This document shows, piece by piece, positions 19,278 through 30,641 of a stretch of DNA of 64,000 nt. The position numbers and the translations under genes were made by a program. The stretch is taken from assembly GCA_965198225.1 (NCBI GenBank), contig CBDAOY010000008.1, positions 640,001 through 704,000 of the forward strand, written 5' to 3'. Numbering within the stretch: position 1 is the stretch's first letter; each line of letters starts with the position of its first letter. Origin of the DNA: Terriglobia bacterium (GTDB lineage: Bacteria > Acidobacteriota > Terriglobia > 20CM-2-55-15). The notes beneath the pieces were generated by a model that searched no databases, was not told the origin of the DNA, and saw only the letters and a program-made list of their open reading frames with translations.

Positions 19278-21917
19278 CTAGCTCCTGATACATCAACTGG
19301 GCGGGATACGTGCCGCCCTTGCAAACGAGACACGTGTCGAGCCACTGCTTTGTGATGCGTTTGAGTTGGCCGAACAAATAGAGCTTCGGTTCTTCCCCCG
19401 GATCGCGCCATTTCGTGTAGAGCAGGCGCTGGGTGACGTGGAAGAGCAGCGTGGACGGTCGCATGTCACCTAGATGCTCCAAGTTCAGGTCCACGCCTTC
19501 ACCGATGATGCCTTCATTGCGCGTGATGGATGGGCCGACCAGATCGGGGCTGAGTTCGAGAATGGAATCGCTGTTGAAGGTGGCCGTGAGGCGCTCCTCG
19601 GGCAGTTCGACACGGTAGCTATCGACACGCGGAAACTGGATTTCGAGGCCGTCTCGTTCCGGGCGCATGGCTTTGACCTGAACCGTCTCACGCGGCGGCT
19701 GTGGGGGGGCGATGACGGGCTTGGCCGTGAAGTCGAAGGGAATGCCGAAAATGTCGGCATATTCGACGTTGAAGAGATTTTCGTCATTGAGGTCGTAGGA
19801 TTGGCGGCGCAGCGCGCGTCCGATGACCTGTTCGCAGAGGAGTTGGGTGCCGAAAGCGCGGATGCCGAGGACGTGGGTGACGGTGTTCGCATCCCAGCCT
19901 TCCGTCAGCATGGATACGGAGACGACACAACGGATGGCACCTCCGAGTTTTCCATGCTTGCCTACGGTGTTCATGGCCTCACGCAGCAACTCCTGATCGC
20001 TGATGTTATCCCCCGCACGGGCATCCCCGGTGCGTTCGATGATCTCGCGGCGGAAACGTGCAATCTCATCGGCGGCCATGCCACGAAACTTGTCGTCGAG
20101 AGCGTCGCCGGCTTCCAGTTGTTCACTGTCGATCAGCAACGTATTCGGACGCGCGAGCGGATTCCCCGTGGTTTCATCGAAATTGCGGAAGAGGGCCAGG
20201 CGACCGTTTTCCAGTGTGGTGGTCCCGTCTTCGTTCTTGCGTTGAAAACCGGAGATGAAATCATAGACCAGCTTCGAGATGGCGGTGTTCTGGCAGACGA
20301 TGATGAAGCAGGGTGGCACACGAATGCCCTCTTCCCTCCACAGATTGAAGGTCTTCTCGTAGTGCCCGTAGAGCGCCTCAAGCGCGGTTTTCAGTTTGGT
20401 AGGCAGTTCGAGGGGATCAAGCTCTCCGCCTTGGCCGCGCCCCTTCTTTGGCATCTCCTTGCGGATGTTCTCCCAGAGGTCGCGATAGATGGGCATTTCA
20501 TCGCCGGGAATGTTCTGGGCGACCGGGACGCGAGGCAGTTTCACGATGCCGCACTCGATGGCGTCCATCAGCGAGAAGTCACTCATCGTCCACGGGAAGA
20601 GCGTGCCCTCGGCATAGCCGGATCCGCGCAGGAAGAAGGGTGTGGCGGACAGGTCGATCACACGAGAGTAGCCGAGCTTGCGATTCACGGCTTCGAGACC
20701 CGAAACCCAGAGTCGGGCCGCTTCGTTGTTCTTTTCGGCCTCCTTTCTGTCGTCGCCCTTCAGATGCACATCGTCCGGCTCCGGTGGCTTCTCGCGGTAA
20801 CAATGGTGCGCCTCATCGTTGATCACGAGGATGTTCCTGATGCCCATCAGGTTAGGCATGACACGCTGGAGCACCTGACCTTCGGTTTCAGTAGTGTTCA
20901 GTTCGGCACCGGTTCGGCCCTTGAGCAACGCGCGACCTCCGGCAGACAGCTCGATGCGCTCACGTAATTTGAAGGCGTGATAGTTGGTGATGACGATTTT
21001 GGCGCGGTTTACGTCGTCGAGGAGGTCGTGCGGCACGAGTTCGCGGCTGGCGTAGTAACTGTCCGGGTCGTTCGGTTGGAGGACGCGGAGTCGATCCTTG
21101 ATGGTCAGGCCGGGGGTGACGACCAGGAAGCCTCGGGTGAAGTGTTTGCTGGCGGGATGGCGGATCGCATTGACCGTTTGCCAGGCAATCAGCATGGCCA
21201 TGACCGTTGTCTTGCCGGACCCGGTGGCTAACTTCAGCGCGAGGCGCATCAATTCGGGATTGGCGTCCTTGTTGGCTCTGGCCAAGTGATCTATTAATCG
21301 TTTGCCGGCCTTGAAGTGCGGTGCGACCTCGGTCAGCCAAATCGCGGTTTCGACGGCTTCCACCTGACAGAAGAACGGGCGAGTGCTGCCAAACGAGTGG
21401 TGCCGCCAGTGCTGGAGCAGGCGCGCAGTCTCCGGGCTGACCTGCCACTGGGCGGCGTTGGGCAAGGCCCGCCACATATCCACTTGATGGCGCACTTCAT
21501 TGATGATGGAGGTCGGATCGTATTGCTGCTCTTTGGTGGAGAGGCCCTTCCCCTCGTCGAAAACAAAGGCCTCTTGAGTAGCCTTTTTGCGTTTCTTCGG
21601 CTTTGGGATAGGCGTGATGAACTTTGCAGGGCGACGGGATTCGATTGTCTGCTGTGTTGGTTGTCCCTCCTTGTCCAGCTCCCAGTGCCGGGCTGGACAA
21701 TCGTAAGGTGAGTTCAGAATGGGATGGTCGAAGAATGGGTTGGCCATTTTCTAATGCATACTCGCAGGTTTCCCGCGCAAGGATATTAATTCAGTTCAGT
21801 CTTCCATGAGCGAGGGGCTTGCCTCGCTGGGGTTGGCAGCGTACCCGGCCCTTCTTCGGCGGCCAGCCAGCGCTGTGTATATGAGGCACTCCAGGTCGCG
21901 CTCAGAGGTGTCACTAC

Positions 21918-22352
21918 TTATGCCTGCCTTCCTTGCTCGGCGAAGGGATTGATCACGCGCAGGCCTTCGTAGTTCTGCTGGTCGTTCAAATCCTCGGAGT
22001 ATACTACATCGCAGCCGCAGGCTCGCGCGGCGGCGAGAATCGCCCCATCCCAGTACGACAGCCTGAAACGCTCGCTGATCGACACCCCGGCGCGAAACAC
22101 GTTGACGGTGACCGGCTGCACACGAAACATCAGAACCGGCTCGAGGAATCCCAGAGCTTCGGGATGCGACAACCTGCCAGGGCGGGTGGAACGCGTCGCC
22201 TGGTGATAGAACTCCTGCAGTACTTGCACCGACACCGCAAGCTCAGGCTCCTCCAAGAGTTCCAGGGCACGGCTGCGCTTGCGGGCATCCTCCGACACCA
22301 GGCTCGCCGCGTACAAAAGCACGTTGGTGTCCACGAAGCGCATGGCCGTCAC
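21918..22352 (-). CDS. PIN-domain (VapC-like) toxin
   Basis: FVDTNVLLY, QVLQEF, SYWDGAI, YSEDL. Confidence 0.92.
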   Translation of the reverse strand: MTAMRFVDTNVLLYAASLVSEDARKRSRALELLEEPELAVSVQVLQEFYHQATRSTRPGRLSHPEALGFLEPVLMFRVQPVTVNVFRAGVSISERFRLSYWDGAILAAARACGCDVVYSEDLNDQQNYEGLRVINPFAEQGRQA

Positions 22353-22672
22353 TTCGAAGTGCTGCCCCGATGCTCCTTCTCATCTACCGCGGCTTCGGTC
22401 CGAGCGACATCACGGTCGTATAGTGCTTCCCGTGACAGATTGTCTGCCATACACAACCCCACGCCCCGCGCCTCGAAGTCCGCGATTACCTCCCGCAGCA
22501 GCCGACGACGTCGTTCGATCTCCGTCTCCGGACGTAGGCGGTCGGCGGATTCACCGACGAGACTTCTGAGAAAATCGCGCACCAGAGCCGACACCGAGGT
22601 GTCCAACTCCGCCGCTCGGATGCGGGAGCACCGATAGGTGTCTTCGTCAACAGATATTGTGATGTTCCTCAT
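22349..22672 (-). CDS. Ribbon-helix-helix antitoxin
   Basis: MRNITISVDEDTY..RIRAAELDTSVSALVRDFL; LSREALYDR; overlaps toxin start. Confidence 0.85.
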   Translation of the reverse strand: MRNITISVDEDTYRCSRIRAAELDTSVSALVRDFLRSLVGESADRLRPETEIERRRRLLREVIADFEARGVGLCMADNLSREALYDRDVARTEAAVDEKEHRGSTSK

Positions 22673-22682
22673 TGACACAGCC

Positions 22683-22724
22683 TCACAGCATCAGCGTATC
22701 ACAGCATCAGCGTATCACAGCATC
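22683..22724. repeat. 16-bp tandem repeat (tcacagcatcagcgta x2.6) upstream of the TA operon
   Basis: Directly visible. Confidence 0.85.
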
Positions 22725-22742
22725 TGACCACGGTTCTATTAG

Positions 22743-24478
22743 CCCGCATAGATCACCGATGGGACCAGAAAAGGCCGCCCTGTTTGGCATAAAGCGTTTG
22801 TGAAGAACGACTTCAAAGCCAAACGGAGGCGGCCCTTATGAGGACAGAGCGTAACCAAGCCACATTCGAATTTCACGGACTATTTCAACGCAAAGTGAAG
22901 GCGCGGTTCGACGGCGGGAAGATCACCTCCGATGCGGGGGTGCTGCTATTGCGCGAGGTCGAGAGGCGGACGGGTCTGATCGCCGGACTGACCGCGTGTT
23001 TCAGCGATCACCGGGATCCGCGGTGGATCGAACACACGGTGGAGGAGCTGCTGAGGCAGCGCATCTACGGACTCTGTCTGGGGTACGAGGACCTGAACGA
23101 TCACGACCAACTGCGCACCGATCCGATGCTGGCGGTGGCGGTGGATAAAGCCGATCCGTTGGGGGAGAGGCGGTGGCAGGCCTCAGATCGGGGGAAGGCG
23201 TTGGCGGGCAAGTGCACGCTGAACCGGTTGGAGTTGACCGGGGTCGAGGTCGACGAGAAGGAGCGCTACAAGAAGATCGCCATGGATGCGGACCGGATCG
23301 ACGGCTGGATGGTGGATGCCTTCCTGGCGACCCACGAATCGGCGCCCGAGGAGATTGTGCTGGATCTGGATGCGACCGACGATCCGATTCATGGCCATCA
23401 GGAAGGCCGGTTCTTTCACGGCCACTACGGCAATTACTGTTATCTCCCGCTCTACATCTTCTCGGGGGAGCATTTGTTATGCGCCCGGTTGCGGCGCTCC
23501 AATATCGATGGGGCGGACGGATCGGTGGAGGAACTGAAACGGATCGTCGGCCAGATTCGGCAGAGCTGGCCGGAGGCGTCCATCATCATCCGGGCCGACT
23601 CGGGCTTTTGCCGGGATGCGATCCTGAGTTGGTGCGAGGCCCACTAGGTCGACTACGTGGTGGGTCTGGCCAAGAACGATCGGCTCAAGGAAGAGATCGC
23701 TTCACAGATGAGTCAGGCCGAAGCCGAGTTCCACGCCACCGGGATGTCGGCGCGGGTGTTCAAGGATTTCCGGTACCAGACGCGCGACAGTTGGACCTCG
23801 GAGCGACGCGTCATCGGCAAGGCCGAGTTCCTGGAGAAAGGCGCCAATCCCCGATTCGTCGTCACCTCCCTGTCGCCGGAACGCCTGGGAGCACGTGCCC
23901 TCTATGAAGACTTTTACTGTGCGCGGGGCGACATGGAGAACCGGATAAAAGAACAGCAGTTGGATCTGTTCGCCGACCGGACCAGCGCTCGAACGATGCG
24001 CGCCAATCAACTCCGGCTGTATCTGTCCTCGGCCGCCTACATGCTCATGCACGCGTTGCGTCGTCTCGGACTCAAGCAGACCCCCCTGGCCCGAGCTCAG
24101 TGTCAGACGATTCGATTGAAGCTCCTGAAGATCGGCGCCCAGGTTCGCCTCACGGTCCGCCACGTCTGGATCTCCATGTCGGAAGCCTATCCCTACAGCG
24201 AGATCTTCGCCTCCGTTGTGCGCAACCTCCAAGCCATTCCTCTGCGCTGCTGAGGACCGTCCCGATCGACCACCCCCAAAACGAAATCGTTCGATCGCTC
24301 AGGCCGAGGTCTGCCTGAATGCGTCCCGTCACGCTCTTCCGAACCCGAAAAACGACCCATTCACGGCCGTTCACACCACCGAATCACTCGACCCGTACCG
24401 AATCGACATCGAAACTCTCAGAAAACCGTTCCGGCCTGCTAAAATCACCTTCATTTCCGAACCGGTGACCTATGCGGG
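22743..24478 (+). mobile_element. IS1380-family element
   Basis: IR cccgcatagatcaccg / cggtgacctatgcggg; flanks TTAG and CTAG. Confidence 0.9.
22838..24253 (+). pseudogene. IS1380 transposase with one in-frame TAG (23645-23647)
   Basis: FDGGKITSDAG, LDLDATDD, RADSGF, RGDMENRIKE; both ORF halves in the same frame. Confidence 0.9.
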
Positions 24479-24529
24479 CTAGGGCCGCATCATCAATTTC
24501 TGGCATTGTATCTGCCAGATACGGAACAT

Positions 24530-25061
24530 GGGTGCAGTTAAACAAAGGCACCAAATCCGTCATAGCGATCACGGTTAACATTTGTTGCCTCTAGCGTTTG
24601 CGCCGAAATTCATACTCCCAGTTTCAACCCACCTCGAGCTGACGGATTTTGGGCACCTCCAAACCGACCGAATCTTGCAGCTTCTCGGCCTCGAAATCGT
24701 ACTCGCCCTGCAGGTTGATGTGCTGCCAGGCAACGATCGATCCGGAGGCGACTCGAGGGCTTCCTTCTCGTTCGCAGTTCGAATGCTCATCCGTGCCATT
24801 TCATGTCTCCCTACCCACCCGAGCACGCACCAGGCGGGATCCTGTTTCGGCAGTCTGAGGGTGACAAATAGGGTTTCCAGAGATTTCTGCTGACACTGAG
24901 TGCGAAAAACCGGGCTTTCAGCAGCTCGAGATTACTGCCAACTAGACCATACCCTACTTGGCAGCCCCGCTCCTGCTTTCAGCCCCCGCCCTGAGGCCAT
25001 AGATAGCCCCGCAATGGGGCCCGATTTCTGTGACGGATTTGGTACCTTTGTTTAATTGCAC
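24530..25061 (-). mobile_element. Internally deleted Tn3-family derivative (~0.53 kb)
   Basis: IRs gggtgcagttaaacaaaggcaccaaatccgtca and tgacggatttggtacctttgtttaattgcac (29/31); TnpA C-terminal remnant SIVAWQHINLQGEYDF at ~24624-24746. Confidence 0.8.
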
Positions 25062-26284
25062 GGTGGTCTCAACCGATCGACGCAACACTTTATCTTAAAA
25101 GGAAAAGGTGGAGTGTATGCGGAAAGGGATGCGATTCGGTTTCACTGCGGCGGAGAAGGCGGAGTTATGGGATCGGTGGCGGCGAGGGGAATCTCTGCAT
25201 GAGATCGGGCGAGCGTTTGGCAAGCTGTCATCGTCTATTCATTGTCAACTGGCGCATACCGGAGGCATTCGTCCTCAACCACGACGACGGTCGAGGTTGG
25301 CTTTGAGTCTGTCGGAGCGTGAGGAGATCTCGCGAGGGACTGTGGCCAGGCAATCGATACGAACGATAGCCCGGTCGCTGGGGCGCTCACCGTCGACAGT
25401 GAGCCGGGAAATTCGTCGGAATGGCGGCTATGATGATTATCGTGCGTCCCGAGCCGATACGCAGGCCTGGGAACGGGCCCGTCGCCCGAAACGATGTCGA
25501 CTGGGTCGCGATCCACGGTTAGGGCGAGCGGTGGCGAGGAAGCTCCGGCGGAATTGGTCGCCCGAGCAGATCGCCGGCTGGTTGAAGCGAGCGTATCCGG
25601 AGGATGAGTCCTATCACGTGTCTCACGAAACGATCTACCGGAGCCTATTTGTTCAGACCCGCGGAGTGTTGAAGAAAGAGCTACTTAGGCATCTGCGGTC
25701 GAAACGAAGGATTCGTCGATCCCGACATTCCAGTCGTAAAGGTCACGGAAAAGGGGATCTCGCCGATATCGTATCGATTCGTGAGCGCCCGGCCGCAGTC
25801 GAAGATCGTGCCGTTCCCGGTCACTGGGAGGGAGATCTGATAGCGGGATCGAAGAACACCTACATTGCGACCCTGGTCGAACGCCATACCCGTTACGTGA
25901 TGTTGGCGAGAGTCTCCGATAGGCAGACGCAAACCGTCGTGCCGGCACTGATCAAGCAGGCCAGGAAACTACCGACGGAGCTGTATAAATCCTTGACCTG
26001 GGATCGAGGCAAGGAAATGGGAGATCATCGGCGGTTTAGCCTGGCGACCGATATCGATGTCTACTTCTGCGATCCTCAAAGTCCATGGCAACGGGGTTCC
26101 AATGAAAACACGAATGGCCTGCTCCGACAGTACTTCCCCAAGGGAACCGACTTATCGGTGCACTCGCAAAGGCATCTGAACAAGGTGGCACGTGAGCTCA
26201 ATGAACGGCCGCGTAAGACGCTAGAGTTTGAAACTCCAGCAGAACGATTTAACGTTTGTGTTGCATCGACCGGTTGAGGCGGCA
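25062..26284 (+). mobile_element. IS30-family element
   Basis: 27-bp imperfect IR (..tcaaccgatcgacgcaacac / gtgttgcatcgaccggttga..), 2-bp AC duplication. Confidence 0.88.
25108..26277 (+). CDS. IS30-family transposase
   Basis: WSPEQIAG, SHETIY, GHWEGDL, TWDRGKEM, PWQRGSNENTNGLLRQY; start may be 25117 or 25129. Confidence 0.95.
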   Translation: MECMRKGMRFGFTAAEKAELWDRWRRGESLHEIGRAFGKLSSSIHCQLAHTGGIRPQPRRRSRLALSLSEREEISRGTVARQSIRTIARSLGRSPSTVSREIRRNGGYDDYRASRADTQAWERARRPKRCRLGRDPRLGRAVARKLRRNWSPEQIAGWLKRAYPEDESYHVSHETIYRSLFVQTRGVLKKELLRHLRSKRRIRRSRHSSRKGHGKGDLADIVSIRERPAAVEDRAVPGHWEGDLIAGSKNTYIATLVERHTRYVMLARVSDRQTQTVVPALIKQARKLPTELYKSLTWDRGKEMGDHRRFSLATDIDVYFCDPQSPWQRGSNENTNGLLRQYFPKGTDLSVHSQRHLNKVARELNERPRKTLEFETPAERFNVCVASTG

Positions 26285-26381
26285 ACCCAAAGTAGAGGAG
26301 ACGAAAGCGTGCGCCGGATTACAGCGAATCGGGTCTCCAACGGCGAATACACATCTGCGAAGAAATGAGGTGAGTGCTGAT

Positions 26382-27143
26382 ATGTTCGGCTGGTTTCGAA
26401 ATAAGCGGCGCGCAAGGATCCGGGCGAGTCCGTTTCCCCTGGCCTGGAGTTCGGTGCTTGAAGCGCTCCCGATCTACTCGCGGCTTCCCGAAGAGGATCG
26501 CGACGAGCTGGGCGGGCACATCCAGATCTTCCTCGGAGAAAAGCGCTTTGAAGGCTGCGCAGGTCTGGATCTCGACGATCGCATACGAGTCACGATCGCC
26601 GCCTATGCCTCGGTCCTTCTGCTACACCGGAATACCGACTACTACCCGCAGCTGGAAAGCATTCTCGTTTACCCGCACGCCTACCAAGCGCCAAGCGAAC
26701 GCCACCTGGGAGACTACCTGGTCGAAGAAGGCACAGAAGTGCGCGAAGGCGAGTCCTGGTACCGGGGCGCCATGGTTCTCTCCTGGAAGGACGCCCGGCG
26801 TGGTGCGGATGACCCTGCGGACGGAGAAAACGTCGTATTCCACGAGTTCGCTCACCAACTCGACGACGAATCCGGCGCGGGGGACGGCACCCCGGTTCTG
26901 GAAAGCCGTGACAAGTGGCGGGGATGGGTGCGGGTATTCGAGCACGAATACGGAGAACTTCAGAACGCCGCCGGCCTGGGGCGCCCGAGTGTACTCGACC
27001 CTTACGGAGCCGAGAGCCCTTCGGAGTTCTTTGCGGTGGCGACCGAATGCTTCTTCGAACGTCCCCGCGAATTACGTCGCCGTCACCGGGAACTCTACGA
27101 CCAACTTCGAGGTTTCTACAGGCAGGATCCAGCCGAGTGGTAG
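26382..27143 (+). CDS. MtfA-like zinc peptidase (M90 family)
   Basis: EKRFEGC, ILVYP, GESW, NVVFHEFAHQLD, EFFAVATECFFE. Confidence 0.9.
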   Translation: MFGWFRNKRRARIRASPFPLAWSSVLEALPIYSRLPEEDRDELGGHIQIFLGEKRFEGCAGLDLDDRIRVTIAAYASVLLLHRNTDYYPQLESILVYPHAYQAPSERHLGDYLVEEGTEVREGESWYRGAMVLSWKDARRGADDPADGENVVFHEFAHQLDDESGAGDGTPVLESRDKWRGWVRVFEHEYGELQNAAGLGRPSVLDPYGAESPSEFFAVATECFFERPRELRRRHRELYDQLRGFYRQDPAEW

Positions 27144-27334
27144 TGCGTCGACCGACGGATACGACATGTGTCGGACCCCGCTTCGTAACCCGCTGTTGCC
27201 CCTCCTGCGTGGATAAACGCTTTACGCTAGGATTCGAGCGTCGCCTCCTGTCCAACGTCAATCACAATTCCCGCTCTGAGTTGAGAGTTTCGTTCGCCGT
27301 CCCGCCTGCGGCGTTGTCCACAGGAGCGTCGCCA

Positions 27335-28090
27335 TCACTTTCTTCGTCCTTTCTCTTTCTTTGCGGCCGCCATGCGGTAGCTGGAGAGATTCAATTCCAG
27401 AATGACGCTGTGATGCACCAGACGGTCAATCGCTGCCGCGGTGGTCATCGGGTCCTTGAAGATCTTTTCCCAGTCCGAGAAGACCAGGTTCGATGTGATC
27501 AGGATGCTGCGACGTTCGTACCGGTGGGCGAGCAGAGTGAAGAGCACCTCCATTTCGTCGCGGCTGTGCTGGACGTAACCGATGTCATCGACGATGAGGG
27601 CGTCGAACTTGTCGAGCCGCTTGAGTTCCTTCTCCAGCCCGAGCGCGGCCTTGGCCCGCAAGAGCCGCTGGACCAGCAGCGCACATGGAGTGAAGTAGAT
27701 TCTCCGGCCTTTCAGGATGAGTTCATGGCCGAGGGCACAGAGCAGATGGGTCTTGCCGCTGCCCGGGTTACCAAAGGCCAAAACGTTCTCGGTGCGATCC
27801 AGAAAGTCCCCCTCCAGCAACGCATCCACGCGCCGTTGGACGGTTCGGGGCAGTCGCGATTGCTCAAACGCCGGCCAGGTCTTCTCCCGGGGCAGCTTCG
27901 ACGCCCGCGGGAACCGTTCGGTCTTGCGTTGCCGTCGTTCTTCCAGTTCCAGCTCACACAGCGCCAGCAGGTAGCGGTCGTAGGCCCAGCCGTCGTTGGC
28001 GGCCAGCGCGGCCTGAGGGCTGTAGTTGTCGACAAACGCCGGAAGGTGCAACTGGTGCAGCGAGGCAGTGATGGGCTCTTTCACAAGCAT
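27335..28090 (-). CDS. istB: IstB ATPase
   Basis: GNPGSGKTH, IVDDIGY, ITSN, AIDRLVHH. Confidence 0.93.
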   Translation of the reverse strand: MLVKEPITASLHQLHLPAFVDNYSPQAALAANDGWAYDRYLLALCELELEERRQRKTERFPRASKLPREKTWPAFEQSRLPRTVQRRVDALLEGDFLDRTENVLAFGNPGSGKTHLLCALGHELILKGRRIYFTPCALLVQRLLRAKAALGLEKELKRLDKFDALIVDDIGYVQHSRDEMEVLFTLLAHRYERRSILITSNLVFSDWEKIFKDPMTTAAAIDRLVHHSVILELNLSSYRMAAAKKEKGRRK

Positions 28091-29581
28091 GCCGCCTCCT
28101 GGACCGGATCCAGCAGCTCGTCATAGAGTCGGATCTGGGGTGGGGCAACCCGCACCTGCCAGGGGGATTGGACCGGGCATTGGGCGTCGATGCGCTCCCG
28201 GACCGTGTCCACTGTGATCGGCCGACTTTTATCGATCAGATACCGCAATGCCTGGTGGACCCGGTCTTCACTGTCCAGGGCCGCCATCTGGAGGATCTTC
28301 AGATACTGACGGTCGGCGCTCGTGGGCGCGTGTTCCCGCAACCCGTCATAGGCCACCCGGAACAACAGCCGCGGGAACATGTCCTGCTGGTACCGGTAGT
28401 GTGGAAACGCTCCCGGTTTGCGCACCAGAGAATGAATCACATGTCGGTAGTGGACCGCGTGTTTGCCCGATCCCCGCAGCCGCGGCATCCCTTCGACGCA
28501 TTCCCCGCCGTACCAGACTTCCAGACGCTCGGTGTCCAGGTGAACCTGGACCTGTTCGCCGATCAGCCGGCTATCGACCGAGTAGGTGTTCTTACGCACC
28601 CGAATCGTACTGTCCCCCGATACGCGCACTCGAATGTGATGCGTGTGGTCCAATCGTCGTAGCGGGAGCCGACCGATACAGTCGAGTTCCTCGTTCAGTC
28701 GCTGGCTGCGAATCGCATTACGTTGGTCGATCAACGCCACAAGAAATTGTTCGTAGGCATCCCGGCTCTCGAAGTCCCGGCTCCCACGCAGCAGCAACTC
28801 CTGATCCACGGCCGTCTTGAATCGATAGTGACTCTGCTCGACGTCACCGTTCTCGTGGGCCCGGCCGGCCTGGGTGTGCGTGGCCCCAAGACCATAGTGA
28901 TTGAGCAATCCCTGATAGCGGGCCGTAAACTCATCCGGATCCTTCAGGTTGTTCACCGCGGCCGACAGGCTGTCGGTCCGATGTTCCTGGGGGACGCCTC
29001 CCAGTTGCCACAGCGCATTCTGGAGCCCTGCCGACAGGCTCTCGAACGATTCGGAAAAACACACCGTGACCGTTTCCCAGTTCGAATACGTCAGGACGAA
29101 GTGATACGCCATGTGGTCGAACTTCTGGCCGCCGATCGTCACCATCAGACTCCCCATGTGCGTGAAGTCGCTCTGGCATTGCCGGCCCGGATCATGGACC
29201 TGGGGGAACATCACTTCACGCTCCGGTCCGGATCGAACCCGACGCTGCAGGGTTCGCAATGCTTGGGCAGAATCTCCTGGAACGCAACTGACCTTCCTGA
29301 AACTCTCCCGGATGCTTCCGGCACAGATGCTCGAACATCGTCTTCGCCTGCAGGGTCGGATGCTTGCCCAGAATCTCCTGGATCTGGTCCCACACCCCCT
29401 CAAACGGATCCGGACGGGTTCGCCCGCGTTGCGGCTTCCGCATCTGACTCGGCAGCTGCTTCTTCCGCCGATACTTCCGTGCCGTTTTCTCATCCATTCC
29501 CGCTTTCGCCGCTGCATGGGCCCGTGTCGCTTCCCTTTGTGTCAGCTTCATCAGTCGTCTCACTTGTTGATCGCTTACCAT
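28081..29581 (-). pseudogene. istA: IstA transposase, frameshifted near 29255-29285
   Basis: N-terminus MVSDQQVRRL..AAKAGMDEKTARKY in one frame; QSDFT, HRTDS, NGDVEQ in another. Confidence 0.85.
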
Positions 29582-29869
29582 CCAAGCATCTTGCAAAATC
29601 AACAACTTGGCCCGGTAACACTTTGTTGAGGCAACGGGAATTTTGATTGTCGCTGATCAGTGGATCAACAAACGGGGGCAGATCTCCAATCAGAGCATCG
29701 AAATCACCTATCACATGCGGGTCCTTGCTCAGATCTAAAACTACGCAGCGGCTCCATCGAGGATTACTCGACCCTTATAAAGATTCCCTAGCCAGCGCCG
29801 GTCCCCGTTGAAAGTCAGTCAAAGCTGTGCACCGGTCGCGGGGTGGTTCCCATACCTGGTTGCACAAAG

Positions 29870-30397
29870 CCTCAGTGGTCACTTCAAACCCGGCCAAGGA
29901 TGGTAACCGCTTGACCGCCTCGTAGCTGCCCCCGAATCCGTGATCCGAAACCAGATCCTGCCAGATGGCCATCGCGTTGCGGCCACGCATCAGGGCCGGT
30001 TCAATGATCTCCCGGTAGGGCTCCGCACTGGACAAGGACCGAGGCACAGGAGGGATCGTTAACCCATCCAGAACCCGATTCCCGGCCCCAGAGTCGGTGG
30101 TCACCCCGTTGGCCGGTTTTGCCCGAAGCCGTCCCCAGCCTCCGGGTGGCCGCACCGCCACCCCGGCCGCCTTCAGGTAGCCTGAAGCCGTCTCCCGGCG
30201 CACTCCGGTCGTTTGTTCGATCCGTCGGAGCGACCATCCCAGCCGCCCCAATGCAACTACTTGTTCTCGTTTTTCGGCGCTCAGACAGACATTGCTCATG
30301 CCGACGGAGCCTACTCCGTCGCTGTCAATGTCCCGGGCCTTATCGTTGGCCGGTTTTCAAGTGACCACTATTGGCCGGTTTTGGGTGACCGCCGAGG
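29870..30397 (-). mobile_element. Internally deleted IS21-like element (528 bp) with IstA N-terminal remnant
   Basis: Ends cctcagtggtcacttcaaacccggcca / tggccggttttgggtgaccgccgagg; CAAAG on both flanks; GRLGWSLRRIEQTTGVRRETASGYL. Confidence 0.75.
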
Positions 30398-30406
30398 CAA
30401 AGGAAC

Positions 30407-30641
30407 CAGACTGTGTGAAAACTCACAGGCGGCTCTTGTGCCCGGTATAAATACAATGGGGTATAGCACATATCGCTGGAGAGGGATGCTCACAGCTGCT
30501 TCTTCTGTCGAATTCAACAGACGAATATGTGGGTCCGGAAAACCCGGTTCGATTCATTGATGCATTCGTCGACGGCCTCGACTTGGAAGGCGCAGGGTTC
30601 CAACGGGTGGAGCCGAAAGCAACGGGCGGCACCCCGGCTAG
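30407..30641 (+). pseudogene. IS1182-family 5' remnant
   Basis: End cagactgtgtgaaaactc; DEYVGPENPVRFIDAFVDGLDL. Confidence 0.75.

Larger units (their letters stand above)
17132..21747 (-). pseudogene. res: Type III restriction endonuclease (Res), ~1024 aa, interrupted by IS1182
   Basis: KLATGSGKT, INDEAHH, MLTEGWD, EQVIGRALRR; C-terminal YLPDF..VEIKG; removing IS plus one CTAG restores MYQEL-ADIACNR. Confidence 0.92.
27249..29659 (-). mobile_element. IS21-family element (istA frameshifted)
   Basis: TG...CA ends with caatcacaattcccg / cgggaattttgattg repeats; istA-istB pair; no matching target duplication seen. Confidence 0.85.

Noticed and set aside
22683-22724. CRISPR-like repeat
   Set aside because: Contiguous 16-bp units without spacers and no cas genes; no CRISPR array seen anywhere in the window.
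23645-23647. Amber read-through (pyrrolysine or recoding) in IS1380 transposase
   Set aside because: TAG is used as a normal stop elsewhere in the window; a point mutation is simpler.
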